DNA from: an uncultured virus (IMG/VR IMGVR_UViG_3300042940_002333)
Taxonomy: Duplodnaviria > Heunggongvirae > Uroviricota > Caudoviricetes
Virus record (IMG/VR): IMGVR_UViG_3300042940_002333
Direction: 5' to 3' (one strand)
Length of the DNA stretch: 20,000 nt
The notes beneath the pieces are model-generated. The model saw nothing but the letters and a program-made list of their open reading frames with translations. It did not search any database and was not told where the DNA came from. The position numbers and the translations under genes were made by a program. Shown piece by piece: positions 1 to 8,467 of this stretch (the stretch's first letter is position 1; each line of letters begins with the position of its first letter).

Positions 1-1
1 T

Positions 2-868
2 ATGTGCGGAAATAGCAAAAATAAAATAAACTGTCAATGCGACGGTAACTGCGATTGCGGAGAGATACTGCCTAACGGGATGATCTCTTGCGATAATTGT
101 GGCTGGGAAGCAAAAGAAAAGTATAATGCCATTACCGGCAGATTTACTTGTCCTTCTTGCAGAACAGAAAAGCTTAACTTAGATTATTATTCAAATTACT
201 CTAATAACTCAAATAAAAAAAATCAAATGACAAACAACGACAACTTTACGCAAGGATTAGTTGGTTTCGCGACTGCTAACCCTGGTTTCCTTGACTGGAG
301 CGAAAACCCACTTGGAAAACTAAACGGAAACAACGAATCAAACTTTGCTAATAATGTATCTTCACAGAATGTTGTTGGATACGCTATTGGGCAACAATGG
401 ATGCCGATGAATCCAATTCACGGACAAGATATCACTGAAAGTAATTTCTTATTATTAGGATTAGGCGCGCTTGCTTTAAGAAAAGATATTTTCTGCGGAA
501 GGTATTGTAAGTCTTTAGGTTATATGCGTTCTGCCGACAAAAATTCTTTCAAAAGATGTAAGGCTGCTTGTAAGGTAAACTTCAAAAAAGCTAAAAAAGG
601 TCAATGGAAATATCCTGCTGCACCAGAGGGTGCTGAATCAAATATTTCTCCAGAAGATTTAGACGCTCAATCACAAAGAGATGTAAATTCAATGTCTAAA
701 GAGCAGATAGACAATGCTGCAAGAAACGTTGCCTCACAAAGTGGATCTACACCTATCATACAACCAGAAAAAAACAATACGATGATGTATGTAATTATTG
801 GCGCTGTTGCGTTAGTGATTATTGTAGCACTTATTGTGTTTATGCGTAGAAAGGCTACGACAGCCTAA
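2..868 (+). CDS. Cys-rich, C-terminally membrane-anchored hypothetical protein; 5' end may lie outside the window, or the true start may be ATG 227
   Basis: N-terminal CQCDGNCDC, CDNC and CPSC (Zn-ribbon-like); central CGRYC..CKAAC; C-terminal TM MMYVIIGAVALVIIVALIVFM followed by RRK. In-frame ATG 227 has an A-rich leader like other genes here. Confidence 0.8.
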   Translation: MCGNSKNKINCQCDGNCDCGEILPNGMISCDNCGWEAKEKYNAITGRFTCPSCRTEKLNLDYYSNYSNNSNKKNQMTNNDNFTQGLVGFATANPGFLDWSENPLGKLNGNNESNFANNVSSQNVVGYAIGQQWMPMNPIHGQDITESNFLLLGLGALALRKDIFCGRYCKSLGYMRSADKNSFKRCKAACKVNFKKAKKGQWKYPAAPEGAESNISPEDLDAQSQRDVNSMSKEQIDNAARNVASQSGSTPIIQPEKNNTMMYVIIGAVALVIIVALIVFMRRKATTA

Positions 869-928
869 TAATTACTACCGGTGATAGCTGGATTGTAACG
901 ATGATTGTTTTACCGCATAAATTAATGA

Positions 929-1708
929 ATGTACTACATATACAAAATAGCATATCGTATCTCAGACGAGATTATTGCCAAGAAAGAAGCCGAAAAGCCT
1001 TTTTGGTGGGAGCATCTTCACCCAGAAGTGAAAGGTCAGTCCATCGAGGAGATTGAAAAAGGTATTCTTGAGGCAGGTACTCCCGCAGAGAAGCTGGCAG
1101 AAATGACTAAGCACGAAAAGTTCTTGGCTGTCAGCGAGGGTTGCTATGTTATTGATAGTAAAGAGTCACTTAGAGTAAGTCAGGAGTTAGAGTCGTTAAA
1201 GAAAGATGTCGAGCGTAACAAAGCCTCTTTCTTAGGACAAGCCTCTCCGAATATACAAAAACAAGTACAAGAAACGTATGAGCCTATTTCTTTTGGTAAT
1301 CCAACTCCATCAGCAGTAGGCGCGCCTGCGTCGCCGAGTCCTATTCCAGCAAGTACTATCTCTCCAAACGAAAGTGGTTTTGATATACCTGGAGAACCGT
1401 CAAGTCCGTCTATGACAAAAAGTAATGATCCGTTATCGCTTGATGATGACCATTTAAAAATTATGGCTGCAAACGTAAATGATTCCGACTTAAAAGATGA
1501 CGAGGATAAGCCTTTCGGTGGTTCTTTAGCCGGTGATATGAGTTCTACGCCTGGAAAGGCAGAGCTTCGCAAGTATGCACAATCGATTGTTAGTAAAACG
1601 GTAAGTGATATTAACTCGAAAGCAGATGGTATTCCTGATGATGTTGCTGTTATGAAAGAGCAAGAGCTTCTTCAAGCAGTTATTGATGAATTAAAATCAT
1701 TACGATAA
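929..1708 (+). CDS. Hypothetical protein with Pro/Ser-rich, acidic disordered middle and helical C-terminus
   Basis: 259-aa ORF filling the gap between + strand neighbours; PTPSAVGAPASPSPIPAS low-complexity segment; no family recognised. Confidence 0.75.
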   Translation: MYYIYKIAYRISDEIIAKKEAEKPFWWEHLHPEVKGQSIEEIEKGILEAGTPAEKLAEMTKHEKFLAVSEGCYVIDSKESLRVSQELESLKKDVERNKASFLGQASPNIQKQVQETYEPISFGNPTPSAVGAPASPSPIPASTISPNESGFDIPGEPSSPSMTKSNDPLSLDDDHLKIMAANVNDSDLKDDEDKPFGGSLAGDMSSTPGKAELRKYAQSIVSKTVSDINSKADGIPDDVAVMKEQELLQAVIDELKSLR

Positions 1709-1747
1709 TTAATTTAATAATTACCAAATTATAAAAACAAAAAAATA

Positions 1748-2734
1748 ATGAATACAGGAGATATAAATTCATTTTATCCATTAAATCCAGACTCGGGTTT
1801 AGAATCTGCTTATTACCCATATAATAACAGCGAGAGTTCTTATGATGATCTTGATGATAGTAAAGATAATCAAGGTAGCATTGAAGATGAGGGCGAGGAA
1901 GATGAGGTTCCCGGTGTTCGTGATAAATGCCCTTTTGGAGAATTTAGAACGCGTGTAAGAGCTAAGAAACAAGAATTAAAAAATCAGTATGGTGAGGGTT
2001 TTTTCTCCATTGGAGAATGTGGTATTAAGCCGTCAAGAGTTGCTTATAATCCAAATGTAAAGATTAGCACTACTTATTGGCCGTTTACGGGTTGCGGTGT
2101 AAAACCGGCTCGAATGTCGTATGGTCCTCCACATTTTAGAACTAAAAATAACGCCGCCAGATACGATGCCGATACTCAAAGATTTAATAATGATATGGCT
2201 AAGTGGTACGAATGTCAAAATCGTCAAGGTAAGGTAGCTATTCAAGGTAACGAACAAGCTTACGATAGCGCAACTGTAAGGTGGAATGGGGCTATGGCTG
2301 TTTGGAATAAGTGTCGTGAAGAAAATAAAGGAATTTGGGTATCAGGATGGCGAAAAGAATGGCGTAAATTTAAAAAAGCTGGCGGTCTTAATCAATTAAG
2401 AGATCAGTGTCGTGGTGTTGTGCCTCCGCCGCACGCTTCAGCTCCACCGCGTTCTTGTGCGGATATGGAAAGAGATTTCGACATAATTGCAGGTCAAAGT
2501 TGGGGAACGGCCGATCCAGCAATAAAGAATGAATGGATTGCAAAAGGATGTAAAGGTACAGCAAAAGCCATTGCTAATAAAATCGTTGCTAATAAAGAAA
2601 CTGATATGCAGGGATCCAGAACATCTGGCGAAGAAACTCCTCCTACTGATAACAAAAAAATGTATATTATTATTGCTGTAATTGTGCTTATCGTAATCGC
2701 AACAATTTTTATTATAAAAAGACAAATGAAGTAA
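1748..2734 (+). CDS. Cys/Trp-rich tail-anchored membrane protein (putative virion protein)
   Basis: A-rich leader; acidic N-terminus; duplicated CGxKP and RxNxxMAxWxxC motifs; C-terminal TM MYIIIAVIVLIVIATIFII + KRQMK. Confidence 0.8.
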   Translation: MNTGDINSFYPLNPDSGLESAYYPYNNSESSYDDLDDSKDNQGSIEDEGEEDEVPGVRDKCPFGEFRTRVRAKKQELKNQYGEGFFSIGECGIKPSRVAYNPNVKISTTYWPFTGCGVKPARMSYGPPHFRTKNNAARYDADTQRFNNDMAKWYECQNRQGKVAIQGNEQAYDSATVRWNGAMAVWNKCREENKGIWVSGWRKEWRKFKKAGGLNQLRDQCRGVVPPPHASAPPRSCADMERDFDIIAGQSWGTADPAIKNEWIAKGCKGTAKAIANKIVANKETDMQGSRTSGEETPPTDNKKMYIIIAVIVLIVIATIFIIKRQMK

Positions 2735-2766
2735 GAATGTAATGTATAATCAAAAAATGTAAAGCT

Positions 2767-3906
2767 ATGTCAGATTTAAAAATCAATTATTACGAAGTCC
2801 TTAAAGATACTCCTATGTGGGATCTGGACGAAACGAACAAGGTTGCCTTGCCGGTAAAAACAGATGATAAAAAGAATATCTCTGCTGAAAACTGGAAGAA
2901 TGTATGGATGGTTGAGAAAGGAAAGTATGTTAAGAGTTTTGGTCAGACGAGAGTGATGAAATCATATCCCGACAACAAGAAAGAAGAGTTTATTCTGCTT
3001 GTAAGTGGGAACGGTGTTCTTCTCAAAGATGTAAATCTTTTTAAAGATAAAGTAGATGATTGTGGGTGCGACGGAAATCCTATCGCTTTACCAACAGAAG
3101 TAATGAAAGCTATGGAAGCAGAAAATAAAACAGAAAACACGGAACATAAAGCATTGGATAAAGAGAGTGCATATCTTAACAAATCAAAAGGCTTTGATAC
3201 AAAAGGCTTATACGGATTTTTATTGGGTGCCGTAATCGGTGCTGCAATTATGTGGCTATCTACCAAAGATAAAAAGAAAACAATTATCGGTGCAGTTGCC
3301 GGTGGTGTACTCGGAATGATTATCGGGTATTTTATTGGTCGCAGAGGTACAAAGAAGTTGGAAACAATGGATAAGCTCAATCAAATTGAAAGAGTTGCTA
3401 ACAATACGGATGTTGAAACCGTTGAGTCTGGTGCTAAATCAGACGCCGACAATCAAGGTTTCTTTCAATTAGGACAAACTTATGATTTTTCGATTCCTTA
3501 CCCTGTTTATGCGCTTATTTATGAGGAAAAAACATTCTTCGTAGCTAAAGACCAAAAGACAAACAAAAAGGCTATAATTAAGCCTAATGGCAAGATAAGA
3601 GGAAAATTAATAGAGGTTAAAGAGCCGGCTTTCTTTGTTCCGAACCCACACACTAAAAAAGTTGAAAGAATAGTAAGCCAAAAGCCTTTACCTTATTTGG
3701 ATTTAGGGAATAACATTTTCATTCCTTTAGCTGTGGTTGATCCAGATTCAATGATAACCCCAGAAGAAGCAATGACATTCTTAACAACAGGAAAAGGTCT
3801 TGAAAACGAAGTTTACGTTAAAGGAAGATATGCGGGTAAGAGATTGTTTAACCTTATGTATATGCCGTCACACGCAGTAATTATAAACAACAAATTTGGA
3901 AATTAA
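2767..3906 (+). CDS. Membrane protein with central glycine-zipper TM hairpin between two soluble beta-rich domains
   Basis: GLYGFLLGAVIGAAIMWL and TIIGAVAGGVLGMIIGYFIG (GxxxG repeats) separated by STKDKKK. Confidence 0.8.
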   Translation: MSDLKINYYEVLKDTPMWDLDETNKVALPVKTDDKKNISAENWKNVWMVEKGKYVKSFGQTRVMKSYPDNKKEEFILLVSGNGVLLKDVNLFKDKVDDCGCDGNPIALPTEVMKAMEAENKTENTEHKALDKESAYLNKSKGFDTKGLYGFLLGAVIGAAIMWLSTKDKKKTIIGAVAGGVLGMIIGYFIGRRGTKKLETMDKLNQIERVANNTDVETVESGAKSDADNQGFFQLGQTYDFSIPYPVYALIYEEKTFFVAKDQKTNKKAIIKPNGKIRGKLIEVKEPAFFVPNPHTKKVERIVSQKPLPYLDLGNNIFIPLAVVDPDSMITPEEAMTFLTTGKGLENEVYVKGRYAGKRLFNLMYMPSHAVIINNKFGN

Positions 3907-4022
3907 TGACACCAGAGGAAAGAGAAAATAGAAAAAAAACGATTGTATTTTTCTTAGGAGCCTTAGCTTTAATTGCTTTGGTAATCATATACGTTAAGCA
4001 ATTAAAAGAAGCAGAAGATTAA
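3906..4022 (+). CDS. 38-aa single-pass membrane protein (not in ORF track)
   Basis: Translated by hand: MTPEERENRKKTIVFFLGALALIALVIIYVKQLKEAED*. TAATG overlaps with both neighbours (3904-3908, 4020-4024). Confidence 0.8.
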   Translation: MTPEERENRKKTIVFFLGALALIALVIIYVKQLKEAED

Positions 4023-4702
4023 TGAAAACAAAGAACATAATAATAATTGGCGTGGTTACCATTGTGGTACTCGGCATTGTTATTTACGTTCTTGTGAGAA
4101 AAGGTAAGTTTAAAAATAAGAACCCAAAGAACATACTTATTGTAGGGGATAGCCAAAGTGCGATAAAAACGGCTGACGGGAAAGATATTTCTTTTACCTG
4201 GTCAAGATTATTGAAGAACTCTTTAGAACCAAAAGGCTACTCGGTTGATGTACTTGCTTTAGGCGGTATGCCTACTAAATGGATGAGGGATAATTTACCG
4301 GCACAACTATCAAAGAAAAAATACGATAGGGTTTATATTCTCGGAGGCGGTAACGATTCGGCTAATTCATCTATTGCTTTAAAAACTACTCTTGATAATT
4401 TTCAGTCAATGGTAGATATGGCAAACGCTAATGGTGCAGATCCTTTTATTATGCTGGGGTATAGAATTGACAACTTTAGTGATTACCGAAAAATGCCTTT
4501 AACTATTTACGTTAAGAAGCAAGAGGATTGGATTCCTTACATTGAGAGAAGAAAACAAATACAAGATAATTTAAAGAGAATTAAAAATGCTGGGATTGTT
4601 CCCGTTTATGATTTGAATGGAATGACAAGTGATGGAATACACCCGACGGCACAAGGACATAAGATAATTGCTCAAAAAATGATAAACCATATTACCCAGT
4701 AA
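4022..4702 (+). CDS. SGNH/GDSL-family esterase with N-terminal membrane anchor
   Basis: Block I ILIVGDS (Ser44), block II GG, block III LGGGND, block V DGIHP (Asp204/His207); N-terminal TM IIIIGVVTIVVLGIVIYVLV + RK. Confidence 0.9.
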   Translation: MKTKNIIIIGVVTIVVLGIVIYVLVRKGKFKNKNPKNILIVGDSQSAIKTADGKDISFTWSRLLKNSLEPKGYSVDVLALGGMPTKWMRDNLPAQLSKKKYDRVYILGGGNDSANSSIALKTTLDNFQSMVDMANANGADPFIMLGYRIDNFSDYRKMPLTIYVKKQEDWIPYIERRKQIQDNLKRIKNAGIVPVYDLNGMTSDGIHPTAQGHKIIAQKMINHITQ

Positions 4703-5409
4703 TGACAAAGGAAGAAGCATTAAGAGATTTTTTTAATACTGTTCTCAAAGGGGAGAGTAAGACTTATAATGACCATAACTGGTATAGTACGTCTGGACTT
4801 AGGGGTTACATACAGGGAAGTGGAAATAGCCCTTATTCGTTGCTTAAAAAACCATTGAGTGAGTACACGCTTGGCGAAATAAAACAATTTCAGTCAAGAT
4901 CACGAGATTCGGTTGGACAGCTTTGGGCAACAGGTCGCTATCAGATTATACCAAGTACATTAAAAGGCATTCAGTCAAAGCTGGGATTATCAGATTCTGC
5001 AAAATACGATAGGGCAACCCAAGATAAAATGGCTTACGGTTTAATTGTTGAGAGAAAACCGATTAATGACTACATAAAAGGTTCCGTGCCAGACACAACA
5101 ACTACCAGGCAAAACGCAGCGTTGCATATGGCAATGATCTGGTCAAGCATTGGTGTTCCTTACGCGGTAAATGGAAAACAAACTAATCAAAGTTATTATC
5201 CAAAAGACAAAGCTTCGGTTGATACTGCTGCAGTTCAGGCAAAACTACAACAATTAAGGGGTAGTATGCTCTCAAGAGGTATTGATTTAGCTAAAGAGAA
5301 CCCGAAAACAACCATAGCTATCTTTGTGATAGTAGCAATAATGATAATTGGAGCTATAATGTTATTAATTTATAGAAAAAAGATTGCAATAGCTCTAACA
5401 AAAGTGTAA
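4702..5409 (+). CDS. Lysozyme-superfamily (lambda R / GH104-like) muramidase or lytic transglycosylase with C-terminal membrane anchor
   Basis: Putative catalytic Glu18 (VLKGES..YN), ATGRYQIIPSTL, QDKMA and WSSI motifs; C-terminal TM IAIFVIVAIMIIGAIMLLIY + RKK. Confidence 0.8.
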   Translation: MTKEEALRDFFNTVLKGESKTYNDHNWYSTSGLRGYIQGSGNSPYSLLKKPLSEYTLGEIKQFQSRSRDSVGQLWATGRYQIIPSTLKGIQSKLGLSDSAKYDRATQDKMAYGLIVERKPINDYIKGSVPDTTTTRQNAALHMAMIWSSIGVPYAVNGKQTNQSYYPKDKASVDTAAVQAKLQQLRGSMLSRGIDLAKENPKTTIAIFVIVAIMIIGAIMLLIYRKKIAIALTKV

Positions 5410-5434
5410 TTTTAAAACTTAAAAACAAACAAAA

Positions 5435-6010
5435 ATGTTATACAACGGATTCGTAGTAGTAGACACTAGAGATTCTCAAATGGCAGAATTTAATAACGCC
5501 GAGGAAAGTAATTATCCTCCTGGCACTTACGCTGGTCCTGGTGGAGCTCCATCTGGAACATATGGCCCTAATTTGCCAGGAAGCTCTGGCGGATCTTCTG
5601 GACCTTTACCTGGTCTTGGCGGTACTGGTTGGGGTGGAAGTCAATCTGGTGGTGGTCAATCTCGTGGTGGAGCCGGTCAGTACATAAACGCTGACACTAT
5701 TGCCGCAGGAACAAATCTACTTGGTGGTATTTTTGGAGCGATTGGTGCGTCAAAGGCAGCAAAAGGGCCTATTGCAGGAAATGTAAAGGCTGTTTGTGGC
5801 AGAAAACCATTGTTTAATATCGGTGGGAAGAAAGATAGGTATTTTGCTTGTGCAGAAAGAGTGGCAAACCCTCAACCTGTTTTTAGAGAAACACCTCCCC
5901 CAGAATCAAACAAGGGTTTAATCATTGGATTAATTGTAGCTGTTGTGTTGATAGGGATAATTATTACAGTAGTACTTGTTATGAAAAATAAAAAAGCGGC
6001 AGTAGCTTAA
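5435..6010 (+). CDS. Gly-rich tail-anchored membrane protein
   Basis: Long G/S/P-rich segment; amphipathic NLLGGIFGAIGASK; CGRKP..YFAC; C-terminal TM + KNKK. Confidence 0.8.
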   Translation: MLYNGFVVVDTRDSQMAEFNNAEESNYPPGTYAGPGGAPSGTYGPNLPGSSGGSSGPLPGLGGTGWGGSQSGGGQSRGGAGQYINADTIAAGTNLLGGIFGAIGASKAAKGPIAGNVKAVCGRKPLFNIGGKKDRYFACAERVANPQPVFRETPPPESNKGLIIGLIVAVVLIGIIITVVLVMKNKKAAVA

Positions 6011-6020
6011 TCTAAACACT

Positions 6021-6380
6021 ATGGCACAATATAAATTTAATAAAGATTGGTCTGGCGGAACTTATGTTCCTTCGGGGCAAGGTAGAGCGGTGTCTCTTGT
6101 TTCCTTTAAACAAGGGGACGTTGTAGAGGGAACTCCAATCAGAAACGACGTAAACTCCGAGCCACCAACTTTTATTGAGTTTCAGTCTAAAATGGGAACT
6201 GTTCGTGTAGGTTACGGCGGGAGAGCAGGAAGCCCTCTAGATTTAGTGTCTGGTGGAAATGTGGCATCTAAAACGATGGGAACTGAAACTGGATTGCTTA
6301 CTAAGAAAAACATTATCATAGCCGTGGTAGTTATCGCTATCGTAGCGGCAATTATTTATTTCATTAAACTAAAAAAATAA
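6021..6380 (+). CDS. Small beta-domain (SH3-like?) tail-anchored membrane protein, paralogue 1
   Basis: YKFNKDWSG..SFKQGDVVEG..GTVRVGYGG; C-terminal TM + KLKK. Confidence 0.8.
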   Translation: MAQYKFNKDWSGGTYVPSGQGRAVSLVSFKQGDVVEGTPIRNDVNSEPPTFIEFQSKMGTVRVGYGGRAGSPLDLVSGGNVASKTMGTETGLLTKKNIIIAVVVIAIVAAIIYFIKLKK

Positions 6381-6784
6381 TGACAATAAGTTTTATATTC
6401 GATAAAGACTGGACAGGGCCAAACTTAGCTTCTTCAGGTACACAGATTTCTTTCAAAAAAGGAGAATATGTTACCGGTGAAGTTGTAGACTCTAACACTC
6501 AAGATCCAACAAACTATGTCGTTATAACTAACACTAAGGGTCAAGCTCGCGTTCCTTTTGGTGGAAAATCGTATCAAGGATTAAATTCTATACTTAAATC
6601 TCCAGTTGCTCCGTGGCTTGGAGAAACGAAAGTAGATACAACTCCTGTGGGTGATTATAAAGCAGGGGACGTCACGGAAAAAATTAAAGAAATTAGTATG
6701 CCGGTAAAGATTATCGCTGGAGTTGTTTTGGTAATCATCATATTTTTTATTGTAAAATATATTAAAAAATTAAAAAGCAAGTAA
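6380..6784 (+). CDS. Small beta-domain (SH3-like?) tail-anchored membrane protein, paralogue 2
   Basis: FIFDKDWTG..SFKKGEYVTG..GQARVPFGG; C-terminal TM + KYIKKLKSK; TAATG coupling. Confidence 0.8.
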   Translation: MTISFIFDKDWTGPNLASSGTQISFKKGEYVTGEVVDSNTQDPTNYVVITNTKGQARVPFGGKSYQGLNSILKSPVAPWLGETKVDTTPVGDYKAGDVTEKIKEISMPVKIIAGVVLVIIIFFIVKYIKKLKSK

Positions 6785-7083
6785 TGAACAAGAACGTAAA
6801 AGCCATCATCATCATTGTAGTTCTTCTGATAATAGCGTATCTGGTTTACAGGTTTGCGTTCAAGAATAAGAACTTGGTAAAAGGATATGCAAAGAAACCT
6901 GGAGATTGGGTTGCTTGTCAAGTAAAAGACTTTGACAGTAAAAACTATCAGGGCTACAATACTGCCGGTGTACAAATTATTTTTAAGAAAGATGCGGTAA
7001 AAACCCGCCCAGGAAAAGATACTAATCTAGGTCAATGTGCTGACGCTGTTGCTAACCTTAATGTTTACACTTTAAAAGCATAA
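6784..7083 (+). CDS. Small N-terminally anchored membrane protein
   Basis: TM AIIIIVVLLIIAYLVY; two Cys in the soluble part; TAATG coupling. Confidence 0.8.
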   Translation: MNKNVKAIIIIVVLLIIAYLVYRFAFKNKNLVKGYAKKPGDWVACQVKDFDSKNYQGYNTAGVQIIFKKDAVKTRPGKDTNLGQCADAVANLNVYTLKA

Positions 7084-7085
7084 AA

Positions 7086-7580
7086 ATGGAAAATAAAACA
7101 TCAAAAATATTAGGGTTATTTAAGGACATTCCAGGTTGGGCAAAGGGAGTAATGCTTATTATCGTTGTCTTGCTTATTGCGTGGATAGTGTATATGTTTT
7201 ACAAGACAACTGGATTTCAAACTGGTGAGGAGCGTGATATTCAAAAAGACCTTGATAAAGACCAAGATGTTTTAATCGATAAAGGTCAAAAACCTACCTT
7301 TCCGAGAACTTGGTATAGAGGTGCTGCCGATAAACTTTATGGTTGCGGTGCAGGTCAAGCACTTGGTGGAACAGACGAGAGTTGTATTTACTCAGTGTTT
7401 GTTCAACTAAAGAACGATCTTGACGTGTTACTTTTAATTGAGGCTTTCGGCTCAAGAAGAAAAGGTTTTTCTTTTGCAGAAGCCAATTTAACAGGATGGA
7501 TCACTGACGAAATGAACTCAGAAGAAAGAAGTGCACTAAATAATATATTAGCAAGAAGAGTAATTAAATACAGATTTTAA
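7086..7580 (+). CDS. Membrane-anchored protein with an annexin-like repeat
   Basis: TM GVMLIIVVLLIAWIVYMFY; ADKLY..GGTDESCIYSVF..LLIEAF..LTGWITDE resembles the annexin GxGTDE repeat. Confidence 0.65.
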   Translation: MENKTSKILGLFKDIPGWAKGVMLIIVVLLIAWIVYMFYKTTGFQTGEERDIQKDLDKDQDVLIDKGQKPTFPRTWYRGAADKLYGCGAGQALGGTDESCIYSVFVQLKNDLDVLLLIEAFGSRRKGFSFAEANLTGWITDEMNSEERSALNNILARRVIKYRF

Positions 7581-7581
7581 T

Positions 7582-8034
7582 ATGATACAAAATTTAGGAA
7601 ATAATACGATAATGCCTGTTGTTGAACCACCACCTTTTAATAAGGTTGGGCAGTATATTTTTAAAACAAACTATTTAGCGTCAAGCCCTCCTCCAGAATG
7701 TGCTAAATCGAACCCTCCTTGTCCGTATATGCCAAATAGGAGAGAATTTAAAGCAGGAGAAGCTGTTGACGGAAAAATGACTGGTCAGAATCTTGATTCA
7801 AACGGATTGCTAATTCCAATGTCTTTGTTAGCACTTAATCCTATTGACGCAAGAAACACTGGTAGAGAAATGAATGATAAAGCCACCGATAAAGATCCTT
7901 GGACAGGAAAACCCGAATGGAATAAGATATTTTCTATTCAGAATTTCTGGAGACTGGTAATCGTGATGATTTTCCTTTACCTGTTCTTGAAATATATGTT
8001 GCCCTTAATCAAAAGCTCATTTAAAAAAGCGTAA
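7582..8034 (+). CDS. Tail-anchored membrane protein, distant paralogue of 6021/6380
   Basis: QYIFKTNY..EFKAGEAVDG; Pro/Cys insert PPPECAKSNPPCP; C-terminal TM LVIVMIFLYLFL + K. Confidence 0.75.
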   Translation: MIQNLGNNTIMPVVEPPPFNKVGQYIFKTNYLASSPPPECAKSNPPCPYMPNRREFKAGEAVDGKMTGQNLDSNGLLIPMSLLALNPIDARNTGREMNDKATDKDPWTGKPEWNKIFSIQNFWRLVIVMIFLYLFLKYMLPLIKSSFKKA

Positions 8035-8062
8035 TGGATTTATACGGAACAAAATATAGAAG

Positions 8063-8446
8063 ATGATATTACAGAAACAGACCATAGGAGGACTTGATGA
8101 AAACATACAAGGTAATTGTATGGCGACCTGTATTGCTTGTTTATTGGATATGCCCGTATCTAAAGTTCCTAATTTTGTGACTAAGCCAAGGACATTTGAT
8201 CTGCTTGGAGAGTTCCTGACCGAAAGAGGGTACAAATTTAACGGGTTTTGGTATTACCCGCCTCCAGATTGGGCAAAGAAATTTAATGGGGTTGATGGAT
8301 TTGCGATTATCGGCGGGCCAAGCCCTCGCCCTTACGTTAATTCACACGCAGTACTTTATAAAGACGGGAAGCCGTTTTGGGATCCGCACCCAGACGACAC
8401 ATTTACACTCGGAATAAAAAGAATTTATTTAATAACAAAGAAATAA
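8063..8446 (+). CDS. Putative papain-fold (C39-like) cysteine peptidase
   Basis: Q..GNC19MATCIACLL..VPNF, SH95AVLY.DG...WD107PHP: Cys-His-Asp order of clan CA enzymes. Confidence 0.6.
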   Translation: MILQKQTIGGLDENIQGNCMATCIACLLDMPVSKVPNFVTKPRTFDLLGEFLTERGYKFNGFWYYPPPDWAKKFNGVDGFAIIGGPSPRPYVNSHAVLYKDGKPFWDPHPDDTFTLGIKRIYLITKK

Positions 8447-8467
8447 TAACCTAAAAAACAAAATAAA

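Noticed and set aside
872..898. Weak inverted repeat after the first ORF
   Set aside because: Short, mismatched stem without an adjacent T tract; not enough to call a terminator.
5520..5680. Gly-rich segment as collagen
   Set aside because: No sustained G-X-Y register; it is a low-complexity G/S/P linker.
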